In this document: one piece after another, positions 25,921 to 36,430 of the stretch
Numbering within the stretch: the stretch's first letter is position 1
Layout of the letters: the number at the start of each line of letters is the position of its first letter
Origin: Rotaria sp.
Taxonomy: Eukaryota
Assembly: GCA_905250055.1 (NCBI GenBank)
Contig: CAJNOF010000004.1
Location: 951,250 to 1,015,249 of the forward strand
Reading direction: 5' to 3'
DNA length: 64,000 bases
Notes under the pieces: model-generated
What the model was told of the DNA's origin: nothing
Database searches by the model: none
The model's input: the letters and a program-made list of their open reading frames with translations, nothing else
Made by a program: the position numbers and the translations under genes

Positions 25921-26418
25921 TCAAATGTTCATTTGTGCATGACATTTATGCCAGTAGGTAACAAAATGTTTGACATTATTTTTTTGAATATCATTATCAA
26001 ATGATGCTGGACGTATTTTAATCAATGAGTTTATAGCAGCTTCAGCTGAACAAGTCCATCGAACAGCTAAATAGCAAGCAATAAAAATAGCTAAAATACC
26101 TTGACCTCGTATTGATTGCATGAGTACTGGCTCGCCACGATCTCGTGCTGCTAATACAACATTAATAAAATCAATAATCTGCTCAAATGTTGGACAACAA
26201 TGTTCAGCTATTGAGAAACACACATGCTTGAATGAATTACTATGCGGTGGAATATTCATGTCAATATTCACTAATAGACGAATTCCTTGTGAGCGAAGAT
26301 ATTGCATATGAGAGTGATGAAAAGGTTGAGCACTTGCAGCGAGAACACGATCTTCGATCCAGGAAAAATAAGGTGGCATTGAATCATAAGCTGCATTACA
26401 ATTTAAATAATTATTCAT
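25921..26418 (-). CDS. DUSP23 (VHZ)-like dual-specificity phosphatase fold, single exon, catalytic Cys and Arg substituted (predicted pseudophosphatase)
   Basis: The 165-aa ORF is collinear with human DUSP23 over its whole length: PYFSWIEDRVLAASAQP, LLVNIDMNIPPHSNSF, EHCCPTFEQIIDFINVV, GEPVLMQS. The signature VHCALGFGRTG (CX5R) is replaced by LMQSIRGQGIL, so Cys becomes Ser and Arg becomes Ile. The general-acid position is D to E (SIAEHC vs RIPDFC). Confidence 0.7.
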   Translation of the reverse strand: MNNYLNCNAAYDSMPPYFSWIEDRVLAASAQPFHHSHMQYLRSQGIRLLVNIDMNIPPHSNSFKHVCFSIAEHCCPTFEQIIDFINVVLAARDRGEPVLMQSIRGQGILAIFIACYLAVRWTCSAEAAINSLIKIRPASFDNDIQKNNVKHFVTYWHKCHAQMNI

Positions 26419-27636
26419 AGTCTCTATTCAATTGACATAGAAAGAAATTTGAAGGTGCATAGCAACCAATACAAGTTTTTCTTTTATATTTCAATGTTTT
26501 TTCTGTAAAGACGACCAAAAAAATCTATAGAATAATAAATTTCCAGTCGAATGGAAAAATGAATTCACATTCTCTTCATATAAAATTTGAAAAATGAAAT
26601 TATATTTTACTATATAATATTAATAATAAAAATAACATTAAAGTTCTAATAATGAGAATATCAATGAGAATATCGTCGTTGATATCTATAGTGAAATGTA
26701 CATAAATAAAATGTTGCGATCATCTATAATGGTATTAAATATGAGCTTGATAGTTTCAAACTGACAAATTTCTAAATATCGTCAAAGTACCAACCTAAAA
26801 TATTGACCTCACGCGTTCTCATCGTACGATAATGGTCTGCAATTATGGTGAATGAATTTATTATGGCAGCGAAATGTTAATTAGCCATCAGCAGTTAAAT
26901 TCATTATAGGCTAAAGATTTTTCATCTACGAAAATTTCGACCTTATCTTTCTGGACTATTTTTAACCGACTGTTAGAAACTCGTAATGGCTAGTATAGTT
27001 TTCAGTTCATCATTTCGATAGAAAATAACATAAAAGACTCTTCTTTTTTCCAAAGAATGTGGATATGTTGGCTAGGGACGTCAGTTATGGTTTTTATTCT
27101 TAGGAACTGAGAACTCGGTGCGAACTACCACTTCTAGAAACCCGGAAACACACAGTCATTTGCCATAAAAGGAAAACATAGATATATCTAAACATCTTAG
27201 TATATTGGCAAAGACAAGGAAACAAATTCCCAAGTTGGTTTTCCTTGTTCAGTAATGAAACCCCAAGGAACGGGAATTCTGATACCCCTAGTATTGCTAT
27301 GGGTGTGGTCATCCCTATGGGTTCTACGAAAGATATATGCACACATCATACGCACACAGACACTTAACAACTCCATGTTCTGATGCATACTTTTTTTCAG
27401 CAAACAATGTGTGATATTGACAGGCATATTCATCGTTTTCCTATCTCATTCTGTTATCAATCATTCGGTCGAGATGCTTGACACTCTGATATGACAAATA
27501 TACCTCTGTTTTGAGGAAAGAGAATGTTATCACATATTAACAGAAATAGAAACGTATGGAGTATAAATGTGAGGAGAATGTGATCAGGGTTCCGCATAAT
27601 GTATTTTTATTGAAAAGCACTGTCTTTCTTCTCTGA

Positions 27637-28200
27637 CTGCTTTGTATTAGCACTAGTATCATTCGAACTCAATTACCAACATGCGATAACATTCTCGATC
27701 TCATCATTATCCTGGATTCGTTCGGCAGTATTGCGTGAGCGGACTTTGCTAGGGTAGTCGAAACGATGAAAATTGTGGCATCAATCTTGAAGATTGGATC
27801 GAAAAAAGTGATGATCGCCGTGATCAATTACTCGAGTAACGTTCAAGTGCCTATCATATTTGCTAATATGAAACTATCAACATTTTCGATTCAATGGCTC
27901 ATGAACAGGATCAGAACGATCCAACATTTGAAAGGAGGGACTGACACAGTCAAAGCTTTCCTACAAACAAAGATAGTATGTGATGCTACATGTCGATCTG
28001 TTAACGAAGGAGTTGCTCGACCAATGTTGGTCTTCACTGACGGTCAGAGCAAGGTTGCATCAGAAACAGCAAAACAGGCGGCATTTTGAGAAGCTCAATG
28101 CCAACAAACATTTATTCTGTTGGAGTTGGTGATTACAATTGAGTAAAATTAAGAGTGATTGCCTCTGATCCTTCTTATATCTTAACGATGGCTAACTATT
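27637..28200 (+). pseudogene. von Willebrand factor A (VWA) domain, isolated, disrupted by an in-frame TGA and a 3' frameshift/stop
   Basis: Reading frame DNILDLIIILDSFGSIA*ADFARVVETMKIVASILKIGSKKVMIAVINYSSNVQVPIIFANMKLSTF...HLKGGTDTVKAFLQ...RPMLVFTDGQSKVASETAKQA matches the canonical VWA profile (DIVFLLDGSGS.., RVGVVQYS, Y.GGGTNTG.AL, IVITDG.S). TGA at 27736-27738 interrupts it. The C-terminal VWA segments (IYSVGVGDYN, RVIASDPSYIL) appear in a +2 frame and then after another stop. Confidence 0.5.
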
Positions 28201-30142
28201 AACAACTAACTTTATTGATTAACCAAATTATTCACCAAACGTGTATGATGTCAGCCTTTGTCGCATCCAAAGTGAAAGTGGATACAGAAGTGCCGGCAAG
28301 TACGTATCGTTATTACCGTATAGACATGGGTATGTTTAGAGCAGGAGACAGCGCCTTCTTTGAATTGATGATAAGCTTTACTACTAAGTTCGTGATAAGT
28401 AATAGATGTATGCAATCTTCTAGAAAATATATACGAAAGGGCAACACTCGTGCATTCATTTGGACGACCAATATGAACTACAAGCTGACTCGAGTCGTGA
28501 AGTCTCGTACAGAAAGGTCGGAACAGAGCAACACTAGAGAAGTTCAATAATGAGGTGATACGATAATGAGCCAGAGTTTCAAAATATTTGTTTTGACGAT
28601 GTTCTTCATGAATGCCGTGTCACCTTGAATTCATTGAACCTGGAACACCAAAATATTACTTCAGTGTTCTCGGTGTCGATCCGATCAACGAGTTTGACTT
28701 TATACCACGAATCCTTGATATAATTAGTGGTATTGTTCGATAAACAGTTTTTGGATGTCTTCTCTTTTTATTTTGCATCTCTCTTGAATTAGATTTAAGA
28801 ACTGAAAGTATAATATGACGGTAGCATTCACTAATAAACAATTCGGCTTATTATATTTGCTAATAGCTTCTGGGTTTTCGTATGTCGATTTTTAGAAATA
28901 ATTTTTTCCATTTACCTCAGCGAAAGTTCACAATGCTATCACCATCAATCGACTTTACAAAATTTAGGGTTTCAACCATTCTTCTAACGTTCCATAAGAT
29001 CATATCTGAAAAGTTGTCGATAAAAGTATTAGATGCATCACGAGATGTAAAGATAATGGTGACAAAATCTGAATATTTCTCTTCCCAACCTCCTGTCCCA
29101 CAGTGGACAGCCTGGCGATAAAATCGATTTCAGAGATCTGAAGCTATTATGTAACTGATATGAAAGTTGCTAGGTATCTGCAATTAACTATACCTTGAAT
29201 TCTAATTAGAGACAACTAGTCATCTTGTAGCACCACCCAAAAAGTAGGTAAAATAGGCGAATATCTCTAATAGAGAGCTAGATAAGTAGAATGCATATTT
29301 CAAATTGACGTTTTAATTATATTAATTCGATATTTTTATAGTTATTTGGCGTTGTATATTTATTAAATATACTACAGGCATTTCGTTCTTTTTTAAGTTT
29401 TTATTTTTGATGTAACAGGACTAAAAGCATATTTATCATATACTAGAAGATAACGACTGCTAAATAGTGCAACTGTTTCGCCGGATTTTTCCAGGACTTT
29501 TACTTGAGTTTTAATTTACTCTCTGACAGAACGTGCCATCAGCCAATTTTGATGAATGCATATAAATGCGAATATAAGCCCTTATTGAGATACGGCGTCT
29601 CAATTATAGTCTTTTATCCACAATCATTCAAAGCAACTGGTGTAATAACGATGTATCTTTCACATCGAATTAAGTTTCCAATAGATAATACTAACTCAAA
29701 TATATAATATTTTAAAACTTCTACGTCGATTGTTTGGTTCTAAACATAATCCATAGATGAGTGAAGAGCACAGCCATTGTACTGTTGTATTCCGCAAAGA
29801 AAAATGCTCATAAGTCGAGATCCGCTCAATCGATTTTAATAATTTTTTTATTATTTTACTGATCTAAGGATGGTCATTCACTTCTGAAAAAATCAATTTC
29901 CCACGTGTTTTAGTTTCCGTGTAATCATAGCAACAGTGTTAAATACCTAGCTTCTAATGCCACCTGTCAGAAGAAAACCAATTTTTTTTTATTCCATTGC
30001 TTTTTTTTAAAATTAATTGTAGAGCTAGAGTTGTAGTATTCATCAAGAGCTTTTAGAATATGCCTTTATTTTTAGCTTCAGAGAAAGTCTTATGAATGAA
30101 AAACTGTTGATAATGAGCGTTGAGACACTTTTTCATTTTTGC

Positions 30143-30660
30143 GTAGGGCGACATTAAAATCATCGGCGTTTCGTTTGGAGAATTTTTTTTTGTTGTAATT
30201 TGGTTGGATATCAGAGAGAACTAAGATAAAAATAATTTGAGAAATAAAAGAGGTTTGTTCCATAAAGTTCGTTAGTGCAAGAATTTTATATAAGATAAAA
30301 AAAATGAATTTTGAGACGAAATGTAGGGCGAAATTTTTAATTTTGTTTTTGCTATAGCTCAATGAATACTTAACTGTTTGCAACAAAAATTTGATCGTTG
30401 TTCAGGCTCATAGAGTAGAGTAATACTCCAAAAACTCAATTGAAAATATCTCTCCGTTCTGAAGAAAATTCAATTTTACTAGAAAAACGTAGGGCGCAGA
30501 GCCCCAACCAGGCCACTAGGCCTGCCTGCCTGCCTGGGCCTGCCTGCCTGTCACAGGCACAGGCCACGATTTTTAGGCCTGGCCTGTCACAGGCAGGCCA
30601 GGCCGACCCCTTCGACAGGCCAGGCAGGCCGCCTAAAAATGCCAGGCCGCCTGGCCTGTC
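30143..30660. repeat. Left boundary block of a composite repeat locus: three GTAGGGCGA(c/a)(a/c)ttttt motifs followed by a ~165-bp GC-rich (GCCTGCC)n/(GGCAGGCC) block
   Basis: Motif copies at 30143, 30323 and 30489. At 30497-30660, ccaggccactaggcctgcctgcctgcctgggcctgcctgcctgtcacaggcacaggcc...caggcaggccaggccgacc...caggccaggcaggccgcc is about 65-70% GC, against roughly 30% for the surrounding window. Confidence 0.6.
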
Positions 30661-30796
30661 TAATTTTTCTTCGATATAAAACTTTTACCGCATAATTGGG
30701 ATTTATTGCTAGAAAAAAATTCAGTTGAGTCAGTTTTCAAGAATGATATTTGAATATAAAGAATTTGACCAATACTTGAGAATAAATATTGACGAT

Positions 30797-31025
30797 ATAC
30801 AGTGCTGTGAAAAATTATAGAATCACTAGCTTAATTTTAGGTTTTAGCTGATTCTCTACTAACTTAAATCGATGAATAAAACAAAAACACTGCTAGTGTA
30901 TGCATTCAAGTACTTGAATGCATACACTAGCAGTGTTTTTGTTTTATTCATCGATTTAAGTTAGTAGAGAATCAGCTAAAGCCTAAAATTAAGCTAGTGA
31001 TTCTATAATTTTTCACAGCACTGTA
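30797..31025. repeat. Near-perfect long palindrome (hairpin), ~113-bp arms, centre ~30911
   Basis: atacagtgctgtgaaaaattatagaatcactagcttaattttagg...cactgctagtgtatgcattcaag|tacttgaatgcatacactagcagtg...cctaaaattaagctagtgattctataatttttcacagcactgtat. Only a single mismatch was seen between the arms. Confidence 0.8.
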
Positions 31026-32756
31026 TGTAAATGATCAAATCTATTACTAATATGAAAAGGTTATTACCATAATGAAGAGGTTCAATAAGTAATGGAACCT
31101 CTACCCCTCGAAAAATTTGTTTTTTCCTACCCAAAATTAATTGAGAAGGGTTTCGAAAGTGATCTCTGGTAGAATTAGGTCTGTTAATCCTCTTTGATCT
31201 ACACTCAGGTCGTTTGAAACAATCAATTAGTGTATTATATCCCATTGTCGATGATAATTAGATGTATTTAGCCATCAATATGATAGTCGGCTATATTGAT
31301 TTTCATATAGTTTGATAGAAATATTTAAGTGTTCTGAAATGCTAGTAACACGTTAAAAGAAAGGAACTAACCATTAAAAAACGTCCAAGAAAAACTTTTC
31401 AGCGGACTTTATTTTAAGTGCATTTCTTGACTGATATTTCGCTAGTTTTGATTAGAGGAAGTAAAGTCTGGATAAAAACTAAAATCATCTATATAGACCG
31501 GCATTTAGTATTAAGTTGACTTATGTGAATTTGGAATCTGTTTATGAACTTTTTTCGTAGAAAATCACTCTAGTCCTGCTCAGAATCAAGTCGAAAAATG
31601 AGTATCGACAAAAAAGTGTATCAGTAGTTTAAGCAGACGCCATGTTGTGCTATAGTGTTATTGTGCAGCTGTAGAAATTTTTTCTCGTGCTGAAACAACT
31701 TTTCGATGTGATTCTCTTTTTACCTTAACCCTGAGGATCTGTGATGATCTATTCCACGAAAAAAATCAATGAAAATATTGAAAAGTCACAAAAGTCGTCT
31801 CAGCGTTAAATACTAATTCATAACATGACCTTAGCTTTGATCCAAATTATACTTCTTCTGATTATAATCTACGAATATATCAATTAAAGACATTCACAAT
31901 TATGTCTGGGGACAAGTTTTCATTGGACATTTTTCAGTAGTCAGTTTGCTTTTTTTCGATATGTTGTTGGCATTTCAGAGTTCTTAAAAGCTTTTATCAA
32001 ACTACACGAAAATTAGGCGAATTGACTATCATAATGATGGTTAAATCGACCTGATTATCATCAATAGTCGGATATAATATACTTATTCATTATTTTAAGT
32101 GATCCAAGACAATGTAAATAATCGCCATAGAGCCAATTTCACCGCCCATCACTTTCGAAACACTTGTGAAATGGTTTTACGTAGAAAAAACCAAATATTT
32201 CGAGCGAATCAGTTTTATTATTGGATGATTCGTCTTTTCTATTTGTCACTATTTGCTCCAGAAAATGTTTGAGTCTCAGCTAGTTCAGCTGAAGCTGAAC
32301 GTTTTCTTTGTATTAAATTTGGTAGCTACTGCACGTAGTCCTTCTCTCGATTGTAGTACTATGAATGACATTTTTGTCTGCCAGATCCATCCAAAATATT
32401 CTCGAACAAGAACAAGATTGTTTTCCTGCATATTGGTATCGTTTTATTTCTTTAGTTTTCTAGATACCAATGCTTTTCAATTCATATTAAACGTAGAGAA
32501 AAAATCCATACTGTCAACACCTTTATAATGTGCGCACCTTCCTATAGTGAACAGTTTTAGTTGGCTTTGAGTAGTTTCTGCTCGAAATCGATGACTTCCT
32601 AATGAAAGCCTCCTTATAATGATATATAAATGTTTGTTTTCTGACTTTGACCTACTACAAAAAAAGTGCCTGACGATAGCGATTTTCGTTCGACTTCTGT
32701 TCTCATATACTCTGATGTATATATCAGAAGGGAACATCTCTGTATAATGAACACTG

Positions 32757-33003
32757 AAATACACCCATATTCAAAAGGTTCCCGGACTGTTTTTATTTCA
32801 TAAAAATGAAATGAACTGCACTCATGAGTTTATATTTTGGGTGTGAGGTGTGGGTGTAGGTGTAAGTCTAAAAGAATACCAGACTTACACCTACACTCAC
32901 ACCTACACCCACACCTCACACCCAAAATATAAACTCATGAGTGTAGTTCATTTCATTTTTATGAAATAAAAACAGTCCGGGAACTTTTTGAACATGGGTG
33001 TAT
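32757..33003. repeat. Second near-perfect long palindrome (hairpin), ~115-bp arms with a (GGTGTG/CACACC)-rich core, centre ~32874
   Basis: acacccatattcaaaaggttcccggactgtttttatttcataaaaatgaaatgaactgcactcatgagtttatattttgggtgtgaggtgtgggtgtaggtgtaagtc-taaaagaatacca-gacttacacctacactcacacctacacccacacctcacacccaaaatataaactcatgagtgtagttcatttcatttttatgaaataaaaacagtccgggaac... One or two mismatches. Confidence 0.8.
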
Positions 33004-33137
33004 TTTATTGAATGTTCACATCAGGAAACTTTTATTTGTATCATCTAAATTGATTCTATTGACTTGTTGAACTTTCTACGATGATTAATGCTAAATTATA
33101 TCTTATTATTACTATGATATTTGATTTAAAAAAAGTA

Positions 33138-33322
33138 GACAGGCCTTGCCAGGCAGGCCGAGCGAAACGACAGGCAGGCAGGCCAGGCCGAAGAAAAAAG
33201 ATGACAGGCACAGGCAGGCCGGGATGGATGTAGGCCTGTCATAGGCAGGCCAGGCCTACAAAAAGTGAGCCTGGTTGGACCTCTGGTAGGGCGACATTTT
33301 TGTGATACAAAGTGTAGGGCGA
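33138..33322. repeat. Right boundary block of the composite repeat locus: GC-rich (GGCAGGCC)n block followed by two GTAGGGCGAC motifs
   Basis: At 33138-33285: gacaggccttgccaggcaggccgagcgaaacgacaggcaggcaggccaggccgaag...gacaggcacaggcaggccgggatggatgtaggcctgtcataggcaggccaggcctac. Motif copies at 33287 and 33315. The GC-block composition and the atgacaggcacaggc sub-motif are shared with 30497-30660. Confidence 0.6.
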
Positions 33323-34910
33323 CCTTTTTTGAAGCAATGATTCACTAAAACTGCTTGATATATGAAAATAACATACATGAGCTAGCTCTGTGCCAAGAAT
33401 TGTTTCATACTAACGTGTACGATTAATAAACATTTTCAGAATATTTTCTTCAAAAAATCATTATTTTGAAGTAAAAACCATTATCATTGTGTTCACTTAG
33501 TTTTATATCGTGAATCTCCACAACAACACAAGAAAGTGTTGGGAAAATATGATTTTCATGCACAATCGACATCGCTCTGTCAAACGCAACGCTTAGTCCT
33601 CTCTCATTATTAAATTTATTTTTATCGATTTTTTTGCTTAAATGGTACACTGGCTGTGCTCTTCACTCAGATAGTTTCCAACTTTGGAGCTCTTATTAGG
33701 GAACTTTGAGAACTCACCAGGGAATCTCCACAGATGCTAAAGAATTTTGACTCGAAATTTTGCATATATAATGCTCTCAATGTGACTACTTCATTCTGGA
33801 ATTTTCAGCTATTTGCATTGTTTCGATCGTGAGATATGCATATTCAAAATTTACGTAGCTGTGTGAAAAAGCAAGTTTTGTGCTGGTATTCGTATCGCAC
33901 GACAAAAGCAACAAAAAAAGCTAAAACTTTTAGTATGACATAGTTACATAAAGAACATTATTTTTCAAAGTTTCAAGCTGGAATTCAAGGTCCACTATCA
34001 AAATGACCTGAGTGAAAATTTGAGGTTTTGTTGAAAAACTCATTAAAAAATCTATTTTTTAAGTAATCTTACAAGTAAAAGGGCTTTGACAAACATAGAT
34101 AATCAATATCAAGTGCGAAGAATAAGTACACAAGATACCAAGTTTTTAGCTACTGTACTTGAAGAAATTGTTCTTGGCTTCCTTTTTCTATCCGCTGTGC
34201 ATCATATTTCTATGCCGGTTATTGCTGAACCGTTTCTATCCGTCATGTTTTTGATGGAATTTTTGCAGACGTTCCTCTTATTCTGAAATTGCCGCAGAAT
34301 CTAATTCTTCATGAACTCTTGAAACGTGCAATGATTTGCTAGACTCAGAAACACCCACACAATCTCCTTCATCTTCACCTCTTTTAAACTCTAGTGAAAA
34401 AAGATTTGAATGTAGCACATTGAAACTTGCTTTTGACATGTTTTATCAAAGAAAAATGGCATATCTAAAAAAAAATTCTAAACCGGCACAGACCGACCGG
34501 TCTTATCATCCCAACCGGTTCCAACTCTGAGTGAGACTGCCTTTAATTATATCATACTCGCTAGATATCATATAAATTTATGTATTCATGATGTATGTGT
34601 TCTCTTGAGGTAAAAATTGTATAGACTGTTTCATTATCTAAATTTTATTAAAAAAGAAACTAATTATTATTCTTTGCAACCAATAAACCATTATTATTTT
34701 AAAATAATCTATTTTGTCAAAAGACAGTTTGCAATGATACACGTAATTTTCTGCTGATTTATTATTAATTATTACAATCATAGTACAACAACGAATATGA
34801 ATAAATCAAAATAAACATCTCTTAAACAATGAAGTATGATGTAAAGCATACCAAGTAACTTTCAATACATCCTCTGATATTGGCATTATTTTTGTACGGA
34901 TAAATTTCGC

Positions 34911-36041
34911 ATCAATATAGCCTGTATGTGCAACTAAAAAATATAAAAATAAAAAGTAACCTGTTTTTTTACATTACAAGATTTCTTACTTTGTCCAATG
35001 CCTTCATAACATATTGGAGAATCTGAATCCGCCTCAATAGCATGTGTAGCAGCAAAAGAAATTTTACTATGTGGTACATTAGGATCTCCGGAAATTTTTC
35101 TAGCAACTAAAGCATTCGGCACAATTTCCACATCTTTTGATGTACCATCGATGGTTATCGGACATGTAAAATCATGATAAAGCTCAAAATAAAGCAATTC
35201 AAGACCATGACCACCATACGATCCTACCCAAAGTCCATTAAAACGTGCTAATGGATGATTATTATCACCGGTTCTTGGTTGAGGAATTGAAAGAGGATGA
35301 TAAACAATAGATGAATCATTCGAACAATTTCTTGTAAAATAGATATCACGTACTTCTGGACTATCCATCAAATTATGATCATGTTCAACTAACGATGATC
35401 GTTCATTGATCGGTAATGCTTCTTGTGATAAGCCAAAATATTGTTGATTTGAATCAAAATTTTTTATCCATGACAGTTCTGAATGAAGTACATTACATTG
35501 ATGACATAATATCTGATGAGATTGACAATCAATAGTAAATAATTTAATTTTTGTATAAACAGGTTTTAAAAAAGATTCATCAGCTTCATCATCTTCATCG
35601 TCATCATCATCAAAAAACAATTGTGGTGCACCAAGAGAAGCATTTAATGCTTTAAACTTTTCACCAGTTATAGTTCCATCAGATATATTTAAATAAACAT
35701 TAATGAGACCACCAAAATACTTTTCATTTGATTTCCAATAGCCAAGATATCGACCGTATGGCACAAGAATTTTCGTAAATAAACTTCAAGAAAAATATTT
35801 AATACTTTAAATTTTATGTTATTTATTTTTCGATAATAATATCATACTCGTAAAAACTTTGTTTCATTTCGTTTAGCGGAAATTTTATATTGTACAATTG
35901 ATAGCATAGTCGTTTCCATATGCGATCATCACGTGATACAGATAAAAACAATGAGGAAACCTGAGAAAGTGAACATAAATCTTTTGGTGAATCAAGATGA
36001 GTAGCTATTGCAAAGAGAAGTTCATATGGTAACTTATCCAT
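34911..36041 (-). CDS. F-box domain protein (3 exons; C-terminal domain unassigned)
   Basis: Exon 1 35823-36041: MDKLPYELLFAIATHLDSPKDLCSLSQVSSLFLSVSRDDRIWKRLCYQLY fits the F-box consensus (LP.E(L/I)L..I...L....L..L..V...W..L..D..(I/L)W). Exon 2 ~34962-35764 (256 aa; acidic run DDDDDEDDEADE; ..GLWVGSYGGHGLELLYFELYHDFTCPITIDGTSKD..). Donor gtaaga after ..EGIGQ, then a short terminal exon ending ~34911. The 3' end is tentative. Confidence 0.6.
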
Positions 36042-36154
36042 CTAAAAAAAGCCCGAAAATAAAATTAATCATGTTTGTATTTCATCAAAAAAATAATAAT
36101 AAGAATAAAAACTCAATAAAATATTGCACATGAAAAGCAAAGTTTAATGTTGAC

Positions 36155-36430
36155 GTCTTCTTTTATATTTACATTTAAAACAAGCAAAATAAAAAAGTGT
36201 TACGGCAACCATAATAAATGCCATTGTATACAGAGGAACTAAATCAAAGAAAAAAAATAAGGTTTTTTCTGGATAATTAAATAAGCACAGGTTTTACTTG
36301 AATAATTCAGTATTGCTATTTTATCCTTCATATCTTTTGAGCATGTTTCAGTTAACATTTCATATTGACTAAGTTGACGACCAAGTTTTGGAAAAATAAC
36401 TACCATTAGAATTCCAATAATTTGACTATA
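36155..36430 (-). CDS. Possible small tail-anchored-type membrane protein (2 short exons)
   Basis: Acceptor tttatag|TCAAATTATTGG gives exon SQIIGILMVVIFPKLGRQLSQYEMLTETCSKDMKDKIAILNYS (donor gtaaaa). Acceptor gatttag| gives IPLYTMAFIMVAVTLFYFACFKCKYKRRRQH*, one TM helix followed by a basic tail and stop. No start codon or homologue identified. Confidence 0.2.

Noticed and set aside
26120-26420. ORFs nested in other frames of the DUSP23-like ORF
   Set aside because: They are alternative-frame artefacts inside a well-supported ORF.
28215-28550. 111-aa ORF downstream of the VWA fragment, and its antisense 98-aa ORF
   Set aside because: No recognisable domain. They may be further debris of the same pseudogene, and either strand reads open, which suggests chance.
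30440-30679. 79-aa ORF encoding PGPACLSQAQ...
   Set aside because: It is a translation of the GC-rich GCCTGCC repeat block, with amino-acid composition unlike any real gene here.
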